64,000 nucleotides of DNA, taken from NCBI GenBank assembly GCA_965203055.1, contig OZ241863.1:3168001-3232000 (forward strand). Direction: 5' to 3'. Below the pieces are notes generated by a model. The model did no database searches. It saw only the letters and a list, made by a program, of their open reading frames with translations, and was not told the DNA's origin. The stretch is from Spirochaetia bacterium. GTDB taxonomy: Bacteria > Spirochaetota > Spirochaetia > SZUA-6 > Bin103. Every line of letters starts with the position of its first letter. The first letter of the stretch is position 1. Positions 53,114-61,240 of this stretch are shown piece by piece. Made by a program: the position numbers and the translations under genes.

Positions 53114-53496
53114 GTCGAGAAGAAAGGATGCGGATCCTCTCCCTGTTGGAGGAGGGGAAGATCTCCGCCGCGGAGGCGGCGCGGCTGCTGGAGGCAATGG
53201 CGCCGGCGCCGGGAACTCCGGTCGCTCCGGCAGCCGGCGGCGGTAAGGTGCACGTGCGGGTGACCGACACGGCTACCGGCGCCACGCGCCTCCGCCTCAC
53301 CCTGCCGGCCGCGTTGGCGCGGATCGGAGCCCGCTTGGCAACGGCGGTGGAGGTGTCCGATGAGTTGACCGCCGCCGGCATCTCGGCCGCGGACCTGAAA
53401 CGGGTGCGGGAGGCGATCGATTCCGGTACCGCCGGCACGATCCTGGAGCTCGACGACGGCAGCGCCGGCTACCGCGTCGAGGTCTGGATCGAGTAG
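53110..53496 (+). CDS. SHOCT-like (DUF2089-type) small protein
   Basis: EERMRILSLLEEGKISAAEAARLLEAM; C-terminal VEVWIE. Confidence 0.75.
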   Translation: MSREERMRILSLLEEGKISAAEAARLLEAMAPAPGTPVAPAAGGGKVHVRVTDTATGATRLRLTLPAALARIGARLATAVEVSDELTAAGISAADLKRVREAIDSGTAGTILELDDGSAGYRVEVWIE

Positions 53497-53528
53497 CAGG
53501 TCGGCGTTCGCACGCCGTACCGACGCCG

Positions 53529-54587
53529 TCAGGTAACCGCGCCCGCCGGGTGGTTCAGGCAGTGCGCGGGCGCCTTGCCGCGCAGGTAGGCGCCGATGCA
53601 GGCTGCGGCCATGCGGATGCCGGTGCGGGCGCTGCCGCGGGATGCTCCGGCGAGGTGCGGGGTGAGGATGACGTTGGGCAGCTCCAACAGCGGATGGCCG
53701 GCGGGCAACGGCTCCTCCGGGAACACGTCGATGGCCGCGCCGGCCAAGTGGCCGTTGGCCAGCGCCTTGGCCAGGGCAGCGTAGTCCAGCAGCGGACCGC
53801 GCGCGGTCTGAATCAGGTAGCAGCCGGGGCGCATCTGCCTCAGCTCCGCGGCGCCGATCAGCGGCGGCGCGCCGGCGCGGTGACGGGCGTGCAGACTGAC
53901 CACGTCGGCCTGCGCCAGCAGGCTCCGCAGATCGCAACGTTCGGCCCCCGCGGCGGCGAACGCCTCCGCTGGGAGATACGGGTCGCAGGCCCGCACCCGG
54001 GCTCCGAAGGCGCCCAGCAACGGCGCCAGCAGGCGGCCGACGTGGCCCAGACCGAGGAGCCCGACCGTGAGGGTCGCCAAGTCGTCGCCCACGGCGTCGT
54101 ACCGGTACAGATCTGCGCGCCAGCGGGCGGCGCCGGCCAAGTCGTGGTGGCCTCGGGAGATGCCCTTGGTAACGTCGATGATCAGCGCCGCGGTGAACTC
54201 CGCGACCGCGCGCGCGTTGCGTCCGGGGGCGTTGCACACCAGGACGCCGCGCCGGCTGGCGGCGTTCAGGTTTACGTTGACCGCGCCGCTGCGGGCGCAG
54301 GCCACCAGCCGCAGCCGCGGGGCCGCCGCCAGCACCTCCGCGCTGAGCGCGGCCATGTGCACCGCGGCCACCTCCGCCTGCCGCAGGACGCGGCTCACGC
54401 GCCGGTAGTCGCCGGTGTACTCGCGGATCTCCGCGTCGTGGCGCATCGGAGCGTCGGGCCACTCGTGCTCGTCGGTGACGAAGCGCAACTCCACGCCGGA
54501 GCCGCGCGCGGCCCGTTCGATGGCGGCGTGGAACTGAGCGGTGCGCACGAAACGGTCGCCGATCACGGCGATGGTGCTGCTTGCCAC
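53529..54587 (-). CDS. D-isomer-specific 2-hydroxyacid dehydrogenase
   Basis: NAPGRNA, GLLGLGHVG, TARG, DVFPEEP, TPHLAG. Confidence 0.9.
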   Translation of the reverse strand: MASSTIAVIGDRFVRTAQFHAAIERAARGSGVELRFVTDEHEWPDAPMRHDAEIREYTGDYRRVSRVLRQAEVAAVHMAALSAEVLAAAPRLRLVACARSGAVNVNLNAASRRGVLVCNAPGRNARAVAEFTAALIIDVTKGISRGHHDLAGAARWRADLYRYDAVGDDLATLTVGLLGLGHVGRLLAPLLGAFGARVRACDPYLPAEAFAAAGAERCDLRSLLAQADVVSLHARHRAGAPPLIGAAELRQMRPGCYLIQTARGPLLDYAALAKALANGHLAGAAIDVFPEEPLPAGHPLLELPNVILTPHLAGASRGSARTGIRMAAACIGAYLRGKAPAHCLNHPAGAVT

Positions 54588-54628
54588 CGGTATTCCGTTA
54601 CCTCAGATCATGCCAAGCCGTATCGCGA

Positions 54629-54880
54629 TCAAGCAACAGTCAAACAAATAATTATTTACCATATAATACGTTAGTGAATAAATGGGCGTGTCGCAAGTGA
54701 ATCAGTCAAGCAACCGTGAAGCAAATCAGCAACCCGGGCCCCAACCGGAGATCAGCACTCCAGTCAAGCAACAGTCAAACAAATAATTATTTACCATACA
54801 ATGCTTTAGCGAATAAAGTGACGTGTCGCAAGTGAATCAGTCAAGCAACCGTGAAGCAAATCAGCAACCCGGCCCAAACC
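54629..54880. repeat. AT-rich tandem direct repeat, 2 copies, period 135 bp
   Basis: Copies at 54629-54746 and 54764-54880. Each has 35 identical nt, a 23-nt block with 7 substitutions, then 51 identical nt. Each contains the palindrome AAATAATTATTT. Confidence 0.95.
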
Positions 54881-54887
54881 AATCAGG

Positions 54888-56390
54888 TCAGTTCCCGTCA
54901 AACATATCGTCATCCAGTTCAGGATTCGCCCAGAAGGGGGCGTAACTGCGGTTTCGCGTCCCTACGGCGGGGTCTGCGATCACGATGAGGCCCGCCGTGA
55001 CCGCCTCATTGAGGAACCGTGACGCCATGGACGCATTGTTCCCGGAAATCCCGAATCGTTCGCGTAGCGAGGCGTTGGTCATACGCTGGCGATTCACGTA
55101 TTGCAGGCAGGCGTGCAGATAGCAGGCCCGCACCCGCTCGGCTCTATCCACGTCGGCCATCGGCTTGCGGGCGAAGAGCACGACGCGGGTAAAGTTCGGC
55201 GGCGACTCGAAGAGCGGAGCCGGCAGTTGGTGACGCTCGATCTCGGCCACGACCTTGTCGATTCCGCTGCCCCGTTCCTCGCAGATCCGAAAGCGGCGCA
55301 TAAGCGAAGCGAGCGCTTCGTTGCGGGAATCGGGCGGACTGTCCAGGAAGCGCTGCGTTTCTACCAGCGGCTCGCCGGGATTCGTGATCTCGATGCGCCC
55401 GTCGAAGATTTCGACCATCGGCCCGGCCCCGGCCACGGAGAAGTCCTGATGGATGAGGGCGTTTCCGACCAACTCGCGCACCGCCGGTGCCGGGAACTCC
55501 GGCACCGCCGCGCGCAACGCCTGGCCCAGTTCCTCTTTCGCCGGCAGTCTGGCGTCAATGTAGTCTACCAGCTCCTCGAAACCGGATGCATAGCCCTTGG
55601 TTCCTTCGTGTTCCTTCAACGTCTCGGTGCGGCCTGCGCCGCGGTATTCGATCACACGCAGGCTCTTACGTTTCAATCGGGAGAAGTCGCCGAGATTCCT
55701 GGCGAGCAGGATGGCGCCCAAATTGGTAATGTCGAAGCCGCCTGCCTTACCAGGCGCGATTATCCGGTCCCTCCGCAGCGCGTCGAGGATGGCGGTACGG
55801 CCATCCGGCAGCGGCGCGGCAAGGAGGTCGAAATAGGCCGGATAGTCGAGCCTGAGCAGAACGTCTTCACCACTTACCCGTTCCGCGGCAACGCCGTCCT
55901 CGAAGGGCACACGGTCGAACATTCGCCAGAGTTCCCGTTCTTTCTCGGGAAATTCCTTGAGCTTTCTGGTGGTACCGCCAACTCGAATGAACTCCACGCC
56001 GCTGAACGCGACCGGTTGCCGAGATGCACGGTCGATCTCCAGGAGCACGACGCGTCCTCCATCATCCACGACTTCGTGAAAGCGGAAGTCGATGCGAGGA
56101 CTCAGGAGCCGCAGCAACCACGTCTCCAGCGGCTCGTTGCCCTTCTTCGCAGTGCCCGGCGAGAAGCCCGTACCCGTGACCGTATGCGTATGGTTCTGGA
56201 TCCCCCAGAGCACGTACGCGTTCACCTTGCCGTGGAGCGCCGCCCCGTTGGCCAGCGCGGAGATGTATCGACCGATACGATCCGGCTGGTCCTGATCGAC
56301 CTTGAACTCGACCCATTCGGTCTCGTGCGGCAGCTTGCACAGCTCACGAACGAGACCGAGAAGGTAGCTATTGTCGCGGCTGGTGATCAT
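54888..56390 (-). CDS. Schlafen/AlbA_2 + HATPase_c_4 + winged-helix protein
   Basis: ETEWVEFK..YISALANG; RELVGNALIHQDF, ITNPG, CEERGSGIDK; MTNASLRERFG...YAPFWA. Confidence 0.88.
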   Translation of the reverse strand: MITSRDNSYLLGLVRELCKLPHETEWVEFKVDQDQPDRIGRYISALANGAALHGKVNAYVLWGIQNHTHTVTGTGFSPGTAKKGNEPLETWLLRLLSPRIDFRFHEVVDDGGRVVLLEIDRASRQPVAFSGVEFIRVGGTTRKLKEFPEKERELWRMFDRVPFEDGVAAERVSGEDVLLRLDYPAYFDLLAAPLPDGRTAILDALRRDRIIAPGKAGGFDITNLGAILLARNLGDFSRLKRKSLRVIEYRGAGRTETLKEHEGTKGYASGFEELVDYIDARLPAKEELGQALRAAVPEFPAPAVRELVGNALIHQDFSVAGAGPMVEIFDGRIEITNPGEPLVETQRFLDSPPDSRNEALASLMRRFRICEERGSGIDKVVAEIERHQLPAPLFESPPNFTRVVLFARKPMADVDRAERVRACYLHACLQYVNRQRMTNASLRERFGISGNNASMASRFLNEAVTAGLIVIADPAVGTRNRSYAPFWANPELDDDMFDGN

Positions 56391-56393
56391 GGC

Positions 56394-56771
56394 TCAGCGT
56401 GGGGGCTGGTGGGCGCCGGCGTCGGTGACGTCGCGTATCCAAGCCAGGGCGGCCATTGCCGCCGACCAGCCGATTGAGGAGATGGCGAGCAACGGCACCT
56501 GCAGCAGCTCCTCTGCCGGGATGCCCTCGCGCAATCCGCGGCGGGCGTGGGAGTGCACCGCGCCCTGGGAGCGGGCGCCGACGGCCAGCGCCAGCTTCAC
56601 CAGGCGCTGAGCGCGCTCGTCCAGCGGCCCGGCTGCCGCGGCCGCCGCCCCGAGCTCCTGGTAGGCGCGCCACACCTCGGGATACTCGGCGATGACGCCG
56701 TCCAGGAATCCCGGCAGCCGCTCCCGGCGCTCCTCTTCGCTGCCGGCCGATTCTGACTTGTCCTGCTTCAC
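56394..56771 (-). CDS. Carboxymuconolactone decarboxylase (CMD/AhpD-like) protein
   Basis: YPEVW.AY, GPLDER..RLVKLALA, GAVHSHARR. Confidence 0.85.
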   Translation of the reverse strand: MKQDKSESAGSEEERRERLPGFLDGVIAEYPEVWRAYQELGAAAAAAGPLDERAQRLVKLALAVGARSQGAVHSHARRGLREGIPAEELLQVPLLAISSIGWSAAMAALAWIRDVTDAGAHQPPR

Positions 56772-56960
56772 CAAGGTCCTGCGACTATGCGGGCGGGCCG
56801 GTCCCCGGTCAAGCAGCGCCGGCGGCGGGCAAGCGGCCCCGGACCACCGTCGGCGCGCGTAACCGCAGCCGCCGGGAGCGGCAGGTGCGGCGAGCCTGCC
56901 CGGCCCGGTCAGCGCCGGCGCGGAGGGTACTCGCCCATGGGTGCGCGCGGCCGGCCGGTC

Positions 56961-56989
56961 TTGACATCCCAATGGCGGCGCTCTAGCTT
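56961..56989 (+). promoter_or_regulatory. Sigma70-type promoter of the ku operon
   Basis: TTGACA-17 nt-TAGCTT upstream of ku. Confidence 0.6.
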
Positions 56990-57025
56990 TGTCAGTGCAG
57001 CGCCGCCGGGGCGCGAGGGGGAGTG

Positions 57026-57907
57026 ATGCCGCTACGTACAAGCTGGAAGGGATTCGTCAAGCTCAGTCTGGTTTCGGTCCCGGTAAAGGCCTACACGGCC
57101 AATGACCCCAGCTCCCAGATTCGCCTCAACCAACTCCACTGCGACTGCAACACGCGCATCGCCTACAAGAAGGTGTGTCCGGTGCACGGCGAGGTGGGCA
57201 GCGATCAGATCACCCGCGGCTACGAGCATGCCAAGGGCCAGTACGTGGTGATCGAAGATGAGGAGCTGGAAAAGCTGCGCACCAAGACCGATCACTCCGT
57301 CAACATCGAAGGATTCGTAGCCCCGGACGATCTGGACCCGGTGTACCACGCCGGCCGTACCTATTACCTGTTGCCCGACGGTCCGGTGGGTCAGAAGCCC
57401 TACCGCCTGCTGTTGCGCGGCATGCAGGAGAACCAGGTGCATGCCCTGGCGCAGGTAGTGATCTCGCAGCGCGAGCAGCTCGTGCTGCTGCGTCCGGTGG
57501 ACGGCATCCTGGCCATGTCCGTACTCAGTCACAAGGCAAAGGTGAAGTCGATCGATCTGTTCCGGGACGAGATCGAGGAGGCGGAGTGCAGCCCCGAGGA
57601 GCTGCAGCTCGCCAGCATGCTGATCGACGCCTCGCGGCTGCAGGACTTCGACTTTGGCAGCTATACCGACCGCTACGTCGAGAAGCTTACCGAGCTGATC
57701 CAACTCAAGGTGCAGGGACAGGACGTGGTGCAGGCGGAGGATGTCGAGGAACCCAAGATCATCAACCTCATGGAGGCGTTGAAGCAGAGCGTTGCCGAGG
57801 CGCAGGGCGCCGCCGAGGCGGCGGGCAAGAAGCAGGCGCCGAGCGCCAAGAGCAAGCGCAGCACTGCGCCGCGCGGCAGCCGGGCGCGCAAGCGGCAGGC
57901 CGGCTAG
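57026..57907 (+). CDS. ku: NHEJ DNA end-binding protein Ku
   Basis: SWKGFVKLSLVSVPVK, RGYE..KGQYVVI, YYLLP, IINLMEALKQS; basic C-terminal tail. Confidence 0.95.
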   Translation: MPLRTSWKGFVKLSLVSVPVKAYTANDPSSQIRLNQLHCDCNTRIAYKKVCPVHGEVGSDQITRGYEHAKGQYVVIEDEELEKLRTKTDHSVNIEGFVAPDDLDPVYHAGRTYYLLPDGPVGQKPYRLLLRGMQENQVHALAQVVISQREQLVLLRPVDGILAMSVLSHKAKVKSIDLFRDEIEEAECSPEELQLASMLIDASRLQDFDFGSYTDRYVEKLTELIQLKVQGQDVVQAEDVEEPKIINLMEALKQSVAEAQGAAEAAGKKQAPSAKSKRSTAPRGSRARKRQAG

Positions 57908-57980
57908 CGGCGCGGCGTCGCCGCCCGCAAGACCTGAGGGCGCCGCGCGTTGCGGACCTGTTGGGCGACCGTCCCCCGGC

Positions 57981-58985
57981 ATGCGGACCGTTCCCCTGCC
58001 GGGGCGCGCCGCTGACGCGGCGCAGGGCGAAGTCGTGGCCGTTGCCGGCGCCCGCCTGCCGCGCAGGTTCGCGCCCATGCTCGCCAAGCCGGGTGAGCCG
58101 TTCGACTCCGAGCGCCACCTGTACGAGGTGAAGTGGGACGGCATTCGCGCGGTGACCCTGGTGGAGGGCGGCGGCTACCGCCTGCTGAGCCGGCGCGGCA
58201 CCGACCTTACCGGCAACTACCCGGAGCTGGCTGTCCTGGCGCGGCTGCCCGCCGGCACGGTGGTGGACGGCGAGATCGTGGCGCTCAACGAGGGCCGCCC
58301 CGACTTCGAGTACATCCTGCGCCGCGACCGGCGCGGCCCCCGCGCCCCGGAGACCGGCAGGATGCCGGCGATCTACCTGGTATTCGACCTGATGTACCGT
58401 GACTTCACCTCGGTCATGGAGCTGCCGTTGCTGGACCGGCGGCGCCCGCTGGCCGACCTGGTAAGCGGCTGCGGATCGCCGCACGTCGCCCTCTCCGACG
58501 GCGTGGTCGGCGCCGGCGTGCAGTTCTATCGCGAGGTCTGCCGGCGCGACCTGGAAGGGGTGGTCGCCAAGCGGGTGGACAGCCGCTACCTGGCGGGGCG
58601 GCGCTCGGACGCGTGGCTCAAGATCAAGCGCCGCAGCCGCTACCACTGCGTCGTGCTGGGCTTTCTCGACAAGGAAGGTTCCGACTTTCAGAGTCTGCTG
58701 GTGGCCACCGAGCGGGAGGCGGGGGCGGGGCTGCGCTACGCCGGCCGGGTCGGCACCGGCTTCGACGAGGAGCAGCGGCGGGAGATCAACGCGTTGTTGC
58801 GCCGCCATCCCCGGGCGGCGCCGCTGCTGCCGCGCCCGGCCGAGCTGTCGGCGCGCCATCAGTGGGATCAGGTGCGCTGGGTCGAGCCGGTCCTGTTCTG
58901 CGTCGTCTCCTGTCTGGAGCTGACCAGCGCCGGGATCATGCGGGCGCCGGTGTTCGAGGGGCTGATCGAGGAGTCCGCGCCGTGA
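57981..58985 (+). CDS. ATP-dependent DNA ligase (LigD/LigC-type adenylation + OB domains)
   Basis: PMLA, YEVKWDG, DGEIV, FDLM, EGVVAKR, WLKIK, GRVGTGF, RAPVF. Confidence 0.92.
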   Translation: MRTVPLPGRAADAAQGEVVAVAGARLPRRFAPMLAKPGEPFDSERHLYEVKWDGIRAVTLVEGGGYRLLSRRGTDLTGNYPELAVLARLPAGTVVDGEIVALNEGRPDFEYILRRDRRGPRAPETGRMPAIYLVFDLMYRDFTSVMELPLLDRRRPLADLVSGCGSPHVALSDGVVGAGVQFYREVCRRDLEGVVAKRVDSRYLAGRRSDAWLKIKRRSRYHCVVLGFLDKEGSDFQSLLVATEREAGAGLRYAGRVGTGFDEEQRREINALLRRHPRAAPLLPRPAELSARHQWDQVRWVEPVLFCVVSCLELTSAGIMRAPVFEGLIEESAP

Positions 58986-60376
58986 CCGCGGCGTCCGCCG
59001 GCGGGGACCGGCTGCGCGACCGGGAGGTGGCGTTCGCCGGCCGGCTGGCGTCCATGACCCGGCGCGAGGCCGGCGCGCGGGTAGCCGCGGCCGGAGGCCG
59101 GGTGGTGCGCGAACCAAGCGCCGACACCGCCTACCTGGTGGTAGGGCAGGGCGGCTGGCCGTTGGGCGCGGATGGCCGGCCGGGCAGCGGCATGGCGCGG
59201 GCGCGCCGGCTCAAGGAGCAGCGCGCGCCGTTGAGCATCGTTTCCGAGACTACCTTCCTGCAGATTCTCGGGCTCACGGAGAAGGTGGAAGATCTGCAGC
59301 GCCTGTTTACCACGGCGCAGCTCAGCCGCATCCTCGAGGTGCCGGCGCGGGAGCTGCGCGCCTGGATGCGGCGCAAGCTGATCCGTCCGGTAAAGGTGGC
59401 GCGGCGCCTGGCCTGGTTCGACTTCCGCGAGGTGGCGATGGCGCGGGCGCTGCACGGCCTGATCAGCGCCGGGGTCAGCCCGGCGCGCATCGGGCGCAGC
59501 ATCCGCGAGCTGGCGCAGTGGCTGCCGGAGACCCAGGGCGTCGACACCCAGGCCATGCTCACCCAATTGGAGACTTCCGCCCACGGCCCGGCGCTGAGCA
59601 TCCGGTTGCAGGATGGACGCCTGGCCGACCCGGGCGGCCAGTTGCTGCTCGACTTCCACCGCGGCGCGGCGCCCGGATCGCACCGTGCCGCGATCCGCGC
59701 CTTCACTCCGCCGCACGCGGCGGACCCGCAGCCGGCGCCCGGCGGCCGCCGGCCCGCGGCGCCGGAACTGGTGCGCGACCTGGCCGCGGTGCTGGGCATG
59801 GCGCCTGACGGTATGCCCGCCTCGGAGGAGCCGCCGGGCGTCGCCGAACCGGACACGCCCGGCGGGGTACTCGACTTCGGGACCGCGGCCGGGGCGTGGC
59901 CCGGCGCCGGCCCCGACCAATTGTTCCGGCACGGCGTGCTGGCCGAGGACGCCGGCCAGTGGCACCTCGCCCGCCACCTCTACGAGCGCGCCCTGGCCGC
60001 CGGCGGCGTCGATCCGGAGACCTGCTTCAACCTCGGCAACGTGCTGTACGAGTTGGATCGCAAGCATGCCGCGGCGCGCCGTTACCTGCAGGCGGTGGCG
60101 CTGGACGCCGAGTACGTGGAGTCGCTCAACAACCTGGGCAACGCCCTGGCCGAGAGCGGCTGGCTGAACGAAGCGGTGCGCGCCTACCGCCGCGCGCTAC
60201 TCCTGGAGCCCGCCTACGCCGATGCCCACAGCAACCTGGCGGAGGCCCTGGTGTACCTCGGCCGCTATGGGGAGGCGCGCTTCCACTGGACCGCCTATCT
60301 CGCCATCGACCCGCGCAGTTCCTGGGCCAACGCCATCCGCGAATTGCTGCGCAATCTCCCCGCCGACCGTAACTGA
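58982..60376 (+). CDS. BRCT + MerR-type HTH + TPR protein
   Basis: BRCT: VAFAGRLASMTR.EA...GG...T.YLVVG...IVSETTFL. HTH: FTTAQLSRILEV..LRAW.RRKLIRP. TPRs: FNLGNVL, NNLGNAL, SNLAEAL. Confidence 0.85.
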   Translation: MTAASAGGDRLRDREVAFAGRLASMTRREAGARVAAAGGRVVREPSADTAYLVVGQGGWPLGADGRPGSGMARARRLKEQRAPLSIVSETTFLQILGLTEKVEDLQRLFTTAQLSRILEVPARELRAWMRRKLIRPVKVARRLAWFDFREVAMARALHGLISAGVSPARIGRSIRELAQWLPETQGVDTQAMLTQLETSAHGPALSIRLQDGRLADPGGQLLLDFHRGAAPGSHRAAIRAFTPPHAADPQPAPGGRRPAAPELVRDLAAVLGMAPDGMPASEEPPGVAEPDTPGGVLDFGTAAGAWPGAGPDQLFRHGVLAEDAGQWHLARHLYERALAAGGVDPETCFNLGNVLYELDRKHAAARRYLQAVALDAEYVESLNNLGNALAESGWLNEAVRAYRRALLLEPAYADAHSNLAEALVYLGRYGEARFHWTAYLAIDPRSSWANAIRELLRNLPADRN

Positions 60377-60390
60377 AGGCGCGCGGCGGT

Positions 60391-61167
60391 TCACACCCGC
60401 ATCCGCAGCAGCGGGCGCGCGAACGAGATTGGCAGGCAGCCGTCGCCGACGCGGGACCTGGTGCCGGGAGTCATGAAGTGAATGGCGAAGGCGCGCCGCT
60501 CATGCGCGGTCTGGTTGGGGCCGGTGTAGTGGAAGGTCTGGCAATGGTGCAGCATGGCGCCGCCCGCCGGCAGTTCGATTGCCACCGCCTGCGCGCTGTC
60601 CACGCGCCCGGCGTTGTCGAGCAGCGCGTCGGTAGAGGCCGCGCGGTCATGTTCCAGCGCCCGCAGGTGGGAGCCGGGAAGCACCTGCATCGCCCCGTTG
60701 GCAACGGTGACGGCGTCCAGCGTCAGCCAGCAGCTCACCAGGTTGGCCGGCACGCATTGCCAGTAGGCGTTGTCCTGATGCCAGAACACCGGGCCGCCGT
60801 GGTGCGCCGGCTTGTACAGCGCCTGATCGTGGAACAACTGGATGTTGGGACCGATCAGATCCTCGATGCAGTCCAGGATCGGCTCGTGGTACAGCAACCG
60901 GCGGAAGCGCAGGTTGCGCTCGCACATCTGCATGATCTGCAGCATCTGCTCGCCGGCCTCGTTCTTGGCCGCCAGGTCGTCGGTGTCGTCGATGGCGAGG
61001 TTGCGGAATGAGCTGCCACCGGCGCGGGCGCGCGCGAACTCGCGGTCGTACTCGCGGCGCAACTGCTCGACCTCGGCGCCGTCGAGCAGCGCGCCCAACT
61101 TCAGGTAGCCGTGGGTGTGGAATGCGTCCACCTGCGCGGCGGTGAGTCTGCGGTAGCCGTCGGTCAT
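60391..61167 (-). CDS. Phytanoyl-CoA dioxygenase family (Fe/2OG) protein
   Basis: WHQDNAYW, NGAMQVLPGSH, TFHYTGPN. Confidence 0.9.
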   Translation of the reverse strand: MTDGYRRLTAAQVDAFHTHGYLKLGALLDGAEVEQLRREYDREFARARAGGSSFRNLAIDDTDDLAAKNEAGEQMLQIMQMCERNLRFRRLLYHEPILDCIEDLIGPNIQLFHDQALYKPAHHGGPVFWHQDNAYWQCVPANLVSCWLTLDAVTVANGAMQVLPGSHLRALEHDRAASTDALLDNAGRVDSAQAVAIELPAGGAMLHHCQTFHYTGPNQTAHERRAFAIHFMTPGTRSRVGDGCLPISFARPLLRMRV

Positions 61168-61240
61168 CCTCTGAGAACCCTATACCGAGATGCGCGGCAG
61201 TGTCAGCCGGGCGTTACCGCGGCGCCGCGGTAACGCGCCG

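Noticed and set aside
54629..54880. CRISPR array
   Set aside because: Only two ~110-135 bp units, the variable blocks are homologous rather than unique spacers, and there are no cas genes in the window.
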